Shown: in pieces, positions 1 to 10,369 of the stretch
Numbering within the stretch: the first letter of the stretch is position 1
How the letters are laid out: each line of letters begins with the position of its first letter
DNA from: Pirellulales bacterium
GTDB taxonomy: Bacteria > Planctomycetota > Planctomycetia > Pirellulales > PNKZ01
Assembly (NCBI GenBank): GCA_036272935.1
Contig: DATAXP010000075.1
Coordinates: 87,085-151,084 of the forward strand
Length of the DNA stretch: 64,000 bases
Direction of reading: 5' to 3'
Position numbers and translations under genes: made by a program
The notes under the pieces: model-generated
Seen by the model: only the letters and a program-made list of their open reading frames with translations
Databases searched by the model: none
Told to the model about the DNA's origin: nothing

Positions 1-1838
1 TTGAGCCCTTCGACGGCGGTATCGCGCACGCGGGCATCGATCGCCGGGGCGCCGCCGCTGCGCTCGAGAATCATGCGCGACGGAGCCGTATGGATCGCGT
101 CGCTTTCGCTGCGAGCCAGCCGGCTGGGAAGACCGAGATCGATGCCTGGCGGTCCACCCATCCCGCCCGGGCCAGCAGGCTCGGCGATGCGCACTGGAAC
201 TGCGCCGCTACCTGAACTTGGCGAGCTCACCGCTACCGCCGTCTCGGGTCGCGCGCGCGCCACCGTGCCGGCCAAGGGGTTGTTTGCCGCCGACGAGCCA
301 GTCGCCGTGCCGCCAGCAGCAGCTGCTGGGCCTGCGGGAGCGGCTGCGGCGATGCGCGGCACATCGACCGTGGTCGCGGGGCCGGTGTTGCGAGCCAAAC
401 TGCTGCTGCCGAGCGGGCCGGGGACGACCGCCGTCGTATCGCTGCCGCTGGCTCGGCCGACCGTAGCGGATGTTACCTGCGGTCCCGTGTCGACGATGCC
501 GGTGCCGGCGTCGGCCGTCGAGCGCGACAGTGGGGCATCCGACGCGCGGCGAGCCGTCGCCGCACTGCTGCTGAGATTGGCTGGCGACGGTTCGCGGCTG
601 GCACCCGCCTCGGGCCTTGGCCCCGCAGTGGCCGGGAGCGCCGAGGTGGGAATATCCGCGCCGGCGACCGACTGGGCGATCTTTGCCGGCAGGCTCGGGC
701 CGGTATCGCTGCCGCGAGGCAACGATTGGCTGGCGGTGGCACGCTGAGCGGCGGTCGATTGCGGCCGCGACATGTCGGCTGCCGCGGCGGCGGCGCTCGG
801 CGCGGCGCGCAGGTCGCTGAGGGCGACCGACGACGGTGCCGCAGTGGGAGCGAGATTCGCCGGCTGCGGAGCGCTCGAAGCGCTGGAAGCCTGCACGGCG
901 GCGCGCTCGGCGATCGAACCGAAGTCGCTGGGGACGGCCGCGGCGCTGCGTTCGACGGCTGCCGTTGACGGCGCGGCAATCGGTGGGGCGGCGATCGTTG
1001 CGGCACGCGGGAGCGCCGCGGGCGCCGCGCTGGGCGCGGCGGCGGGAGTTGCGATCGCTTGCGGTCGCAGTTCAGGTAATGTCGTGGCCCGGGTCAGGCG
1101 CTCGATCGCGGCTGGTGCGACCGGATTGCTCGTTGCCTCGGCGGTCAACTGCGGCAGTGCCGGCTTAGTGACCGGTGCGTCGATTTTCTCCTGCTGGCTG
1201 CGTTTCGGTTCCGCAAGACGCTCGGAAAACTTCGGCGCCGAGGTTTCTGCGCGCTCGATCTCGATCGCCTTCGGTTCGATCGGTTTCTCGATCGGCTCGG
1301 GGCGTGCGCGCGAGGCGATCTTGATTTTAGGCTCGGCCGGCTTCGGCTCGGGGACCGCGACCGGTTCGGGGGTCGGCAGCTCGGTATCGACCGGGCGCTC
1401 CAATGGCTCGGCGACCGGCTGCTCGTGCACATCGAGCGTGGGATACTCCGGCAACAGCACCGGCTCGTACACCTCAGTCTGCCAGGCCGTGTCGTCGAGC
1501 GGCCGGACCGCGGGGAGGAAATATCGCTGCATGCTCCACGATAGTGCCAAGTGCACCAGCAGGCTGATCAAGATGGCCAACTGCATGCGCCGCTGAACGC
1601 GGCCGCGGAGCAGCGTGGCGGTGACGATCAGCACGGTAACCGTCGCGGCGACAATGCCCAACTGCACCCAGCCATTACGCAGCGGCTGCGAGGCATCGAA
1701 GTCGGCGCGAGCGACGATTGTCCCAGCCACGCAACTGGCAAGGATCAACAATAGCGCGTTGATCGGCCAGCCGTAGTCGTCGAAGTCGGCGACCGGGGCC
1801 TGTGCGACACGTCGGATGGTGGTGGAGTTGGACACACT
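1..1838 (-). CDS. Partial (C-terminus lies off the window) membrane-anchored protein with a long Pro/Ala-rich, TonB-spacer-like region; function unknown
   Basis: I translated the minus strand by hand and found an open frame from a stop at 1842-1844, with candidate GTG starts at 1836-1838 and 1809-1811, down to position 1. The N-terminus has 2-3 hydrophobic helices (WPINALLLILASCVAGTIVA; GWVQLGIVAATVTVLIVTATLL; LAILISLLVHLAL). These are followed by EP/KP/PA-rich low complexity (PEPVAVPEPKPAEPKIKIA...). It is absent from the ORF track, which appears to list only ORFs that start and stop inside the window. The plus-strand Ala/Gly-rich ORFs at 1..747 and 772..1596 are its antisense mirror. Confidence 0.45.
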
Positions 1839-2011
1839 ATCTAGCGTAACGTAGCGGGCCGCGCCGCAAAACGGGGCGGGGGTCGTAAGCAGCCGCTCGC
1901 AAGTTGGCTGTTCCGGTTGTGGGAGGCGATTCCCATCGGCGACTGGTGGGTGGATCGCCCCTCCCGGTCGGCGAAAGGATTCGCCTCCCACATTTTCCAG
2001 CTGTTTAATGA

Positions 2012-3424
2012 TCAGAGGCTGAACAAAGAACCGAGCGTGTGCCAGGCGTGCAGCGGCGATCCCGGCGGCTCGGCGCCGGCGATTGGCCAGTAATGTTGCA
2101 GCGCCTCGGCGATCTCGCCATAGACCGGGATGCCGACCGTCACGTTGTACGAGAACGTCAACCCCAGCGAAGCAGCCAAGGGGAGCGTCGGGCTGGCTTC
2201 GGGAATGGCCAAACGCTGGATCGCCGGCACTGCAATGTACGAGGCGGCACCGCACAGCACGGCGAACACCATGTAGGTGCCGATCGAGAACTCGGTATGC
2301 ACCGCCAGACCGTAGAGATGGGCGACGACCATGCCAAACGTTGCGAACAGGTTCGGCGCGACGAGGCCGAAAACGATGAACCTCCAACCGGCGATCCGCA
2401 GGTCGCCAAAGCGCCGCGAGGCGGTGATGCCCATCTCGAGCAGGTACAAGCAGAGCAAGCCGTGGAACAAGTTCTTGAACACCTGATTGTCCTCGGCAAC
2501 CGCCGCCTGCCCCTGCAACTGGCCGACGAACCCAATGGCGATGCCGCCGAACAGCAGGTAGATGCCGGGGTTCAGGAACACCTCGTGCATCATCGCGGCA
2601 CTGAATAGGCCGGCCGGCTTGCCGTTTTGCTCCTCGACCGAGATGGCTGAGGCGTGGCCGTGCGCCGATCCGCCGCCAGGACGACTTGCGGAGAGATCGT
2701 AACCTGCCTCGTCTTGCATGTTCCCGTGTTTGTCCATGCCCGTGCGCCGCAGGCGGGCGATCAGGTACAGTCCGACCAGGCACCCGGGAATCTCCATGAT
2801 CGCAAGCATCACCGGCATGAACGATGCCTGTCGATAGGCTTCGCCGGCGGTCGCGGCCTCACGCACTTTGTCGATGTCCACGCCGCGCTCTTGCCAACGA
2901 GCGACCGTGGTGGGATCGTCCAACCCGCTTTCGACTTTACTAAGATCAATCTCTTTCAAGTCGAGTTGCGAGGGGCTGATCTGAGCAGCCAACAGTACCG
3001 AGCTCACGGCGGCCACCTGCATGGTCGCCAAGGCGCCGAGGCATGTGGCAAAGGTGCCCGCCGAATCGGACCCGTAGTAGGCGGCTACCGTGGCAGCGTC
3101 GATGCGGCGCAGCTTGGTTGCCAGCCGCAAAATCACATATGCCGCGATCCCAATGATGAAGTTCGTGACGAAGCCGACGATCATGAAGCCGAGTGCCTTG
3201 ACGAGCATTTCCTTGTCATGCAAGTACAGCACGGCCAGCTCTTCGCCCCCTTTCCATCCGATCGACACCAGCAAGTAGATCACCAACCCCTGGTAGACCA
3301 TGTGCGGGAACTCGAAGCCCACTTTGAGGATCGGCACCATGAAGCCCATGTAGAAGAACAGCAGCAAAGGCTGAAACATGTTCTTCACGACATTGTGGCC
3401 GAACTCAACAAGCCAGGATGACAC
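2012..3424 (-). CDS. SbtA-like (DUF897) sodium-dependent bicarbonate permease; polytopic membrane protein
   Basis: 470-aa ORF with about 10 hydrophobic segments in two halves around a central hydrophilic loop (…SGLDDPTTVARWQERGVDIDKVREAATAGE…), which is typical of the SbtA/DUF897 family. The family call is from memory of that architecture. It is transcribed divergently from the two-component system. Confidence 0.55.
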   Translation of the reverse strand: MSSWLVEFGHNVVKNMFQPLLLFFYMGFMVPILKVGFEFPHMVYQGLVIYLLVSIGWKGGEELAVLYLHDKEMLVKALGFMIVGFVTNFIIGIAAYVILRLATKLRRIDAATVAAYYGSDSAGTFATCLGALATMQVAAVSSVLLAAQISPSQLDLKEIDLSKVESGLDDPTTVARWQERGVDIDKVREAATAGEAYRQASFMPVMLAIMEIPGCLVGLYLIARLRRTGMDKHGNMQDEAGYDLSASRPGGGSAHGHASAISVEEQNGKPAGLFSAAMMHEVFLNPGIYLLFGGIAIGFVGQLQGQAAVAEDNQVFKNLFHGLLCLYLLEMGITASRRFGDLRIAGWRFIVFGLVAPNLFATFGMVVAHLYGLAVHTEFSIGTYMVFAVLCGAASYIAVPAIQRLAIPEASPTLPLAASLGLTFSYNVTVGIPVYGEIAEALQHYWPIAGAEPPGSPLHAWHTLGSLFSL

Positions 3425-3793
3425 GACGGTGATCCCTTTCGATGAAGGGGAACAGGGATCGACCGCTGCGCGCAGCGATCTTGTAGATATGATGGGCGCA
3501 CAAGGCGTTCATTCGACGCTTGTTTCGATAGCTCGGGGCCGCTTGGACGCCCGGCCGAAATGTATGGTGCGGCACGATATTCGTTCCGATCTGCGGCTGC
3601 CCGAACCGTTCGACAATTAAAAACCTGTAACCCAGGCGGGTGACTTAGTATTTGCCGCCGTAATGGTTGCGCGTAAAGTAACACACGGCTCGACGCACGC
3701 CAAGCACCGCGACATTTTGTGCGGTCGACCGTCGGATGCGGGGCGAGCTAGGGTTCAGCGGGTCGAACACGGTTCAAGCCCACGGACGGTCAC

Positions 3794-4489
3794 GTGGGTT
3801 TTGCGGTGGAATATTTTATGAATGTGCTGGTAGTCGAAGACGATCCGGTCATCGGCAAGGCGCTGCAAAAAGGGTTTCTCGAAGCCGGTCACGAGTGCAC
3901 CTGGGTGCGCGACGGCGTGAAGGGACTCGAGCTGGGGCGCAACAAGGCGCTCGACGCCATCACGCTCGACCTGATGTTGCCGGGCATCTCGGGGCTTGAG
4001 GTGCTCAAGCAGCTCCGTGCGGAGAAGATTCACACGCCGGTGCTGCTGCTTACGGCGCGCGGCAGCGTCGAAGAGCGCGTGGCCGGGCTGACCGCCGGCG
4101 GCGACGATTACCTGGTCAAGCCGTTCGCGTTCGTCGAGCTGATCGCCCGGCTCGAAGCGGTCTGCCGGCGCACGGTGAATCGGCCGTCGCCAACGCTCGA
4201 AGTCGGCACGCTGAAGCTCAACCTGACCACGCGGCGCGTAACCCGCGGCGGCCGCGAAATCGACCTGACCCCCACCGAGTTCAGCCTGCTGGAATACCTG
4301 ATGCGCTTCGCAGGGCGCGTCGTCACGCGTAAAATGCTCTGCGAGCATTTGTGGGACCTGGAGTGGGACGGGGCAACGAATGTCATCGACGTACACATCA
4401 ACCGGCTCCGCGGGAAGGTCGACAAGGGCTTCGATCAATCGTTGATCGAAACAGTCCGAGGACGCGGCTATGCCCTACGCGAAGCTTAG
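3794..4489 (+). CDS. OmpR-family response regulator (CusR/CopR-like)
   Basis: Receiver motifs (VLVVEDD…, LDLMLPG…, LLLTARG) followed by a winged-helix C-terminal domain (…LSLLEYLMRFAGRVVTRKMLCEHLWD…). The track ORF starts at a GTG at 3794; an in-frame ATG at 3818 (MNVLVVEDD) is the more likely start. The last 20 nt overlap the kinase gene. Confidence 0.9.
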   Translation: MGFAVEYFMNVLVVEDDPVIGKALQKGFLEAGHECTWVRDGVKGLELGRNKALDAITLDLMLPGISGLEVLKQLRAEKIHTPVLLLTARGSVEERVAGLTAGGDDYLVKPFAFVELIARLEAVCRRTVNRPSPTLEVGTLKLNLTTRRVTRGGREIDLTPTEFSLLEYLMRFAGRVVTRKMLCEHLWDLEWDGATNVIDVHINRLRGKVDKGFDQSLIETVRGRGYALREA

Positions 4490-5963
4490 GGAGTTGTTCG
4501 GCACGCTGCATTTCCGCCTGACCGTTTGGTACACGGTGGTGATGCTGCTGATGGTCGTCGCCACGCTCGCGGCCGTGCGAGAAGGCCTGCAAATCGCCTT
4601 CATCCACGAGCTCGATACACTGCTCAGTGAAGATGCCCGCGAAGTCGAGCTGAGCGTCGAAGAGTATCCGGGCTTCGACCGCTTGGTGCACGAGTTGGAA
4701 CGCAAGGCCAGCACGCACAGCCACCTGGGGCTGTTTATCCGGCTGCTCGACGCCCGAGGCACGCTAGTTTGGCAAAGCGCTTCGGCTCCCGACGATATTC
4801 CCGATAACCTCGCCGGCCACCATCCCTACAATCCGCGCACGGTGGGCAACTACCGGGTCACGCGCCGCGATACCGACCGCAAGGACCGCCCACGGACGAC
4901 GGTCGTCGTCGGTGCTTCGCTGGCGCCGGTGCAAAGCGACGTGGCGGCGATCACCAACATCCTGCTGGGCATCGGTGGCGCCGTGCTGCTGATCGCGCCG
5001 TTGGGCGGGTACTGGCTGGCCGGACGCGCCACGCGCCCGTTGGCGCGGATCATCGACATCACGGCCCGACTGCACCCGACGAATCTCGACGAGCGCTTGC
5101 AAATTCGCGGCACGCGCGACGAGCTCGACCGGCTCTGCGTCACGATTAACGGGTTCCTCGATCGCATTGCCGCGTACCTCGAACAGAACCGGCAGTTCAC
5201 GGCCGATGCCGCCCACGAGTTGCGTTCGCCGCTGGCCGCCATGCAAAGCTCGCTCGATGTGGCGCTCAATGCCGACCGCACGCCGGCCGAGTACAAGGAG
5301 ATTCTCGGCGAGACGCTCGAAGAGTGTGCGGCACTGCGCGACCTGGTGAACCAGTTGTTGCTGCTGGCCGAGAACGATTCGGGCCACTTCGACGCCGGTT
5401 CGGAAACGGTGCAGCTCGAACGCCTGGTGCTGCGGTCGTGCGACATGTTCTCGGCGGTGGCCGAGACTCGCGGCATCGTCCTGTCGTGCCAGGTTCACGA
5501 TTCGCCCATGGTGCGCGGCGACACCGGCCGGCTGCGCCAGGTGGTCACGAACCTGATCGACAATGCGCTGAAGTTCACGTCGCTCGGCGGGCGCGTGCTG
5601 GTCGATCTGCGGGTTGATTCTCCGACCCAAGAGGCCGTGCTGCGTGTCACCGATTCCGGCTCGGGCATCTCGGCCGCCGACCTGCCGCACCTGTTCAAAC
5701 GGTTTTATCGGGCTGACAAGTCGCGGCAGCGCATCGACAAAACCGGCGGCAGCGGCTTGGGGCTGAGCATCTGCGAATCGATCGTGCGCAGCCACCGCGG
5801 CACGATCACCGCCGAAAGCGAACTCGGCCGAGGGACGACGATCACGGTGCGCTTGCCCTTGGTTGCGGCGCCGTTTGCCAGCACCGCCACGAGCAACAGC
5901 CTGCTGGAACATCCGCTCGTCGCGCAGCCAAACGGCGTCGGCGCCTCGAACGCCAGGGATTAG
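4470..5963 (+). CDS. Sensor histidine kinase (CusS-like, heavy-metal type)
   Basis: Two transmembrane segments flank a periplasmic domain, then a HAMP region, a HisKA H-box (AHELRSPLAAMQSSLDVAL) and HATPase_c motifs (DNALKFT…, DSGSGIS…, GGSGLGLSI). The ATG at 4470 overlaps the regulator's stop. Confidence 0.9.
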   Translation: MPYAKLRELFGTLHFRLTVWYTVVMLLMVVATLAAVREGLQIAFIHELDTLLSEDAREVELSVEEYPGFDRLVHELERKASTHSHLGLFIRLLDARGTLVWQSASAPDDIPDNLAGHHPYNPRTVGNYRVTRRDTDRKDRPRTTVVVGASLAPVQSDVAAITNILLGIGGAVLLIAPLGGYWLAGRATRPLARIIDITARLHPTNLDERLQIRGTRDELDRLCVTINGFLDRIAAYLEQNRQFTADAAHELRSPLAAMQSSLDVALNADRTPAEYKEILGETLEECAALRDLVNQLLLLAENDSGHFDAGSETVQLERLVLRSCDMFSAVAETRGIVLSCQVHDSPMVRGDTGRLRQVVTNLIDNALKFTSLGGRVLVDLRVDSPTQEAVLRVTDSGSGISAADLPHLFKRFYRADKSRQRIDKTGGSGLGLSICESIVRSHRGTITAESELGRGTTITVRLPLVAAPFASTATSNSLLEHPLVAQPNGVGASNARD

Positions 5964-5988
5964 CACCGCCCCATGCGGCGCTTCCGCG

Positions 5989-7749
5989 TTAGATGCCCGC
6001 CCCGTTGCCCGCGCGGTATTCGTCGGCCCAGGCCAACAAGCGTTCGGCCCGTTGGCGATGGCAGAAATCGCCGAACGATTCGCCCGATTCGCGGGCGTGC
6101 TTGAAGAACACCAGCAGCGGCTTCAGCTCGGCAACGATCTCTTCCCCCGGCACGAGGTCTTTGTAGATGAAGTTCAGCCGATCGCCGAGCAGCCGCCCGC
6201 CGACGTAGATCGTGTACTTGCCGACGGTCTTGCCCACCAGGCCCACGTCGCAGTTGTAGGGGCGCGCACAGGCGTTCGGGCAGCCGGTCATGCGGATCGT
6301 GAACTTTTCGGTCGACAGCCCCAGCCGAGCCAACTCGGGCTCGATCTGGTCGATGATCCCCGGCAAGGCGCGTTCGCTTTCGGTGATCGCCAGTCCGCAG
6401 GTCGGCCACGCCACGCAGGCCATCGACCACCGCCGCGCGTTGCTGATCTCGTGCGACAGCTTCACGCGATGCCGCCGCAGCAAGTCTTCCAACGGCTGAC
6501 GATCCTGGGCTTCGATATCGGTGAACAAGATGCTTTGATGCGGCGTGAGCCGAATGCCGGGGCGATACGTGTTGCAAATCTCGCGCAGTGCCGCCTTGAG
6601 TTGAAGCCCGGTGCCGTTCGATAGTTCGCCGTCGAGAATGCGCCCGTTCTCGACGTTCAAGCCGTAGAACCACCGGCCGTCGCCTTGCTCGTGCCAGCCC
6701 ATGTGGTCGTCGAACCCACGGACGTCGTCGGGATGGGGCTCCTCGAGTGGCTGCCCGTAATACTCTTCCACCTTGGCCTTAAACCACGGCAGCCCTTGGT
6801 TGGCGATAAGGTACTTGAGCCGCGCGACCTTGCGATCGGCCCGATTACCGTAGTCGCGCTGCACCATGACCACCGCCGTCGCCACGTCGATCGCCTGCTC
6901 CGGACGGATGAACGCCATGCGCTTCGCCAAGGCCGGGAAAGTTTTCTTCGCGCTGGGCGTGACGCCCATGCCACCGCCGACCAGCACGTTGTACCCGATG
7001 ATCTTGTAGTCTTCGCAGACCGCCAGCAGCCCGAGGTCGTTCGTGTAGATGTCGACGCAGTTGTCGCCGCACAGGCCGATGGCGGTCTTGAATTTTCGCG
7101 GCAGGTAGGTAGGGCCGTAGATCGGTTCGATTTCTTCCGGCGCGCCGCCGCCGACGAGTGTTTTCTCGCCCGAGTCGCCGTCGGTGAGCCAAATTTCGTG
7201 ATACGCCCGGGTGCGCGGGCACAGATGCTGCGCGATCCCGTCGGCCAACTTCTGCAAATCGGCGTGCACTGGGTCGTGGTAATGCGGCGCCGGGCAGCAC
7301 ATGACGTTCCGCTCCACGTCGCCGCAAGCGGCGAGCGTCGAGAGCTGCACGTCGTTGATCCGGCGGATCGTGCGCTTCAAGTCCGACTTGATCACGCCAT
7401 GCAGTTGCAGTCCCTGCCGGCTGGTGATGCGCAGCGTGGTGTTCCCCACCTCGTCGCACAGGTCGAGCTCGGCCAGCATCTGCTCGCTGGTCAGCTTGCC
7501 GCCGGGAATCTTCGTGCGAACCATGAACGTGTATGCTTTGTCGCTCTTCGCGCCGTGACTGGCGCGCGATGCGGCCCGGGTATCGCGGTCGTCCTGCTGA
7601 TAGGTACCGTGGTTCTTCAGCAGTTGGACGCTGTCTTTGCCGAAATGGTCGTTACCGTCGACCAACTCCTCGGCGATCTGGCCGCGGAGAAATTCGCTGG
7701 CGATTTTCGCCGTCTCGACGGGACTGAGCTTTTCTTCTTCGGTGGCCAT
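5989..7749 (-). CDS. Sulfite reductase hemoprotein (siroheme/[4Fe-4S] nitrite-sulfite reductase family; CysI/Sir-like)
   Basis: 586 aa, with duplicated NIR_SIR ferredoxin-like halves. The cysteine cluster motifs …MACVAWPTCGLAITESER… and …TGCPNACARPY… match the cluster-ligating cysteines of sulfite/nitrite reductases. Length and order fit CysI/Sir. Confidence 0.85.
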   Translation of the reverse strand: MATEEEKLSPVETAKIASEFLRGQIAEELVDGNDHFGKDSVQLLKNHGTYQQDDRDTRAASRASHGAKSDKAYTFMVRTKIPGGKLTSEQMLAELDLCDEVGNTTLRITSRQGLQLHGVIKSDLKRTIRRINDVQLSTLAACGDVERNVMCCPAPHYHDPVHADLQKLADGIAQHLCPRTRAYHEIWLTDGDSGEKTLVGGGAPEEIEPIYGPTYLPRKFKTAIGLCGDNCVDIYTNDLGLLAVCEDYKIIGYNVLVGGGMGVTPSAKKTFPALAKRMAFIRPEQAIDVATAVVMVQRDYGNRADRKVARLKYLIANQGLPWFKAKVEEYYGQPLEEPHPDDVRGFDDHMGWHEQGDGRWFYGLNVENGRILDGELSNGTGLQLKAALREICNTYRPGIRLTPHQSILFTDIEAQDRQPLEDLLRRHRVKLSHEISNARRWSMACVAWPTCGLAITESERALPGIIDQIEPELARLGLSTEKFTIRMTGCPNACARPYNCDVGLVGKTVGKYTIYVGGRLLGDRLNFIYKDLVPGEEIVAELKPLLVFFKHARESGESFGDFCHRQRAERLLAWADEYRAGNGAGI

Positions 7750-7932
7750 GGGCGTGCGGCGACGTCGGTCGAATGGCGACCAACATGATTAGGTTCGTCG
7801 TGTTTAAGCGGAATGAGCTAGTATATCGCCTAAATCCGCCGGCGGCCATATGGTAATGAACGCCCATTTAGCCGCGTCGCTGGCGACGCGTTCGCCGCGG
7901 CGGCCGACCACATTCGTCTCAAGGACCAACGC

Positions 7933-8793
7933 GTGACCGCTAAGATTCTCGACGGCAAGCAACTGGCAAGCGAGCTTCAGGCCGATCTGGCCGTCGAAGT
8001 GGCCGCGTTCACCGAGCGCAGCGGGATCAAACCTTGCCTGGCGGTGGTGTTGGTCGGCGAAAACTCGGCCAGCGAGGTGTATGTCCGCAACAAGCGGGCG
8101 GCCTGCGAGCGGGCCGGCATCATCGGGCAACTGCATCGGCTTCCCGCCACCGCGACGGTCGACGAACTGCTTGCGCTCATCGGCACGCTCAACCGCTCGC
8201 CGGAGGTGCACGGCATCCTGGTGCAGTTGCCGTTGCCGAAGCAGATCGACGCGGCTCGCGTGCTCGATTCGATCGATCCGCTCAAGGATGTCGATGCGTT
8301 TCATCCCGAGAATGTCGGGCTGATCGTGCAAGGCCGCCCGCGGTTTTTGCCCTGCACGCCGCACGGAATCATGCGGCTGTTGGATCGCAACGGTGTCGAG
8401 CTGGCGGGCAGGCACGTGGTGGTCGTCGGGCGCAGCGACATCGTGGGCAAGCCGATGGCGAACATGCTGGTGCAGCGCGGCATCGACGCCACGGTGACCG
8501 TGTGTCATAGCCGCACGACCAATCTTCCGGCGATCACGCGAACGGCCGACGTGTTGATCGTTGCGATCGGCCGGGCGCGGTTCATCACGGCCGAGATGGT
8601 GCGTGCTGGCGCGGTGGTGATCGACGTGGGGATGAATCGCGGCGAGCACGGACTGGTCGGGGATGTCGATTTCGCAGCAGTGCGCGAAGTCGCGAGCCTG
8701 ATCACACCCGTTCCTGGTGGCGTCGGACCGCTCACCGTGACGATGTTGCTGCACAACACATTGACGGCGGCCCGACTGGCGGTCGAATGCTAG
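7933..8793 (+). CDS. folD: Bifunctional methylenetetrahydrofolate dehydrogenase / methenyl-THF cyclohydrolase
   Basis: 286 aa with the FolD hallmark motifs: ILDGK at the N-terminus, …YVRNKRAACE…, …HGILVQLPLP…, …PCTPHGIM…, …VVVVGRSDIVGKPMA…, …TVTVCHSRT… and …TPVPGGVGPLTV…. Confidence 0.95.
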   Translation: MTAKILDGKQLASELQADLAVEVAAFTERSGIKPCLAVVLVGENSASEVYVRNKRAACERAGIIGQLHRLPATATVDELLALIGTLNRSPEVHGILVQLPLPKQIDAARVLDSIDPLKDVDAFHPENVGLIVQGRPRFLPCTPHGIMRLLDRNGVELAGRHVVVVGRSDIVGKPMANMLVQRGIDATVTVCHSRTTNLPAITRTADVLIVAIGRARFITAEMVRAGAVVIDVGMNRGEHGLVGDVDFAAVREVASLITPVPGGVGPLTVTMLLHNTLTAARLAVEC

Positions 8794-8880
8794 CGCCCGC
8801 ATAGTTTTGTTTCACGCGGCGCGGCGAGCCATTATGATAGTCCGCGGAGGCGGAGTCGATTTCCATCCGCAGGTGAGTTC

Positions 8881-10308
8881 ATGCTTCGTTGGTTTGTCGC
8901 TGTTGGACTGTGCATCGCGTCGGCGGGAGCTGTGTGCCGCGCCGAGACAACCGCCGCTGGCGAGTTCACCTACTTCCGCGCCGACCGTGGCTTGGCCGAC
9001 GACGATGCCGGGCCGCTGCCCGAGACCTTCGATGACAAGGAACTGGTTTGGCGGCAGCCGATCGCTCCGGGACACTCGACGCCGTGCGTCTCGGGCGATC
9101 GCATCTTCCTTACCACCTTCGACGGTAAGGAACTGGCGACCCTCGCCTTGGACCGTGCGACCGGCAAGCCGCTCTGGCGGCAAGTCGCCCCGGCCAAGGA
9201 GATCGAAAAATATCACACGACCGGCAGCCCCGCAGCCGCCACGCCGGCGTGCGACGGCCATCGCGTGTACAGTTTTTTCGGCAGCTACGGCCTGCTCTGC
9301 TACGACACGGACGGAAAGCTGATCTGGTCGAAGCCGCTGGGGCCATTTCAGGACGAGTTCGGCTCGGCCAGCTCGCCGGTGCTGGTCGACGACAAGCTGC
9401 TGCTGGCCGAGGATCACGATCGCGGCAGCTACTTAATGGCTCTCGAAGCGGCCACCGGCAAGACAATCTGGCAGACGCCGCGCGACGGCGCGACGCGCAG
9501 CTACTCAACGCCGATCGTCTGGAACGTCGCTGGCCGCCGGCAGGTAATCCTGGCCGGGGCGCTCGAGCTCACCGGGTACGATCTGGATTCGGGGCGCCAA
9601 CTGTGGCAGATGAGCGGCCTGGCGCGGATCGTCAACACCACGCCGGCGGTCGATGGCGATACGCTGCTCGTGGCCACCTGGTCGCCCGGCGGCGATACCG
9701 ATAGCCGCATCGCGATGGAGCCGTGGGACCTAGCGATCAAGCAATGGGACGCCAACGGCGACAGCCGTCTCGCGCGCGAGGAAGTGACCAACGAGCAAGT
9801 ACTCGATCGGTTCTATCGCATCGACCTGAACCAAGACGAAGGGCTCGATCGCGCCGAATGGGAAAAGTATGCCCGCGTGTTCGAGCTGGCGCGCAACGCG
9901 CTACTGGCCGTGCGTCCGGCCGACGCACAGGGCAAGACGATGCAAGTTGCGTGGAGCTACGAGAAAGGCATTCCGTACGTGCCCAGTCCGCTGGTGTACC
10001 GGCGCGTGGTGTACTTGTGTAAGGACGGAGGCATCTTCACTTCGCTCGATGCCGCGACCGGCAAGCTGTTGAAGCAGGGTCGACTGGCTGCGGCGGGCAC
10101 CTATTTTGCCTCGCCGGTGGCCGGCGATGGGAAGATTTATGCCATCAGCGACTCCGGCGTGTTGAGCGTGCTCAGCGCCGGCGGTCGATGGGGACTTCTT
10201 AGCTCGCATGATTTCGGCGAGCGCACGGTGGCCACGCCCGTACTGACGGACGGCGCCGTGTATGTGCGCACTGAAGCGGCTTTGTACTGCTATCGTCGGG
10301 GCCGGTAG
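8881..10308 (+). CDS. Secreted PQQ-like beta-propeller repeat protein carrying an embedded pair of EF-hand-like calcium-binding loops
   Basis: Signal peptide (MLRWFVAVGLCIASAGAVCRA). Repeated '…G..LW…' beta-propeller blades (GKPLWRQ, GKLIWSK, GKTIWQT, GRQLWQM, GKLLKQG). Two DxNxDGxxxxxE-type loops sit in the middle (DANGDSRLAREE and DLNQDEGLDRAE). Confidence 0.7.
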   Translation: MLRWFVAVGLCIASAGAVCRAETTAAGEFTYFRADRGLADDDAGPLPETFDDKELVWRQPIAPGHSTPCVSGDRIFLTTFDGKELATLALDRATGKPLWRQVAPAKEIEKYHTTGSPAAATPACDGHRVYSFFGSYGLLCYDTDGKLIWSKPLGPFQDEFGSASSPVLVDDKLLLAEDHDRGSYLMALEAATGKTIWQTPRDGATRSYSTPIVWNVAGRRQVILAGALELTGYDLDSGRQLWQMSGLARIVNTTPAVDGDTLLVATWSPGGDTDSRIAMEPWDLAIKQWDANGDSRLAREEVTNEQVLDRFYRIDLNQDEGLDRAEWEKYARVFELARNALLAVRPADAQGKTMQVAWSYEKGIPYVPSPLVYRRVVYLCKDGGIFTSLDAATGKLLKQGRLAAAGTYFASPVAGDGKIYAISDSGVLSVLSAGGRWGLLSSHDFGERTVATPVLTDGAVYVRTEAALYCYRRGR

Positions 10309-10369
10309 GGTAGTCTGCTGTTAGCCGTGGGGCTCGCCGCGCGCACGGTGCGGCCCGAGGCAGGTTCTC

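Noticed and set aside
2012-3424. Apparent one-base inconsistency between the track coordinates and my manual reading at the ends of the SbtA-like ORF. This could be taken for a frameshift or pseudogene
   Set aside because: The ORF track reports an uninterrupted 470-aa frame from the same sequence, and my hand-indexing over 1.4 kb is the likelier source of error. There is no independent evidence of disruption.
3740-3795. tRNA-like T-loop motif (ggttcaagccc) upstream of the response-regulator gene
   Set aside because: The flanking bases cannot form a 5-bp T-stem or an acceptor stem. No cloverleaf can be built, so it is not a tRNA.
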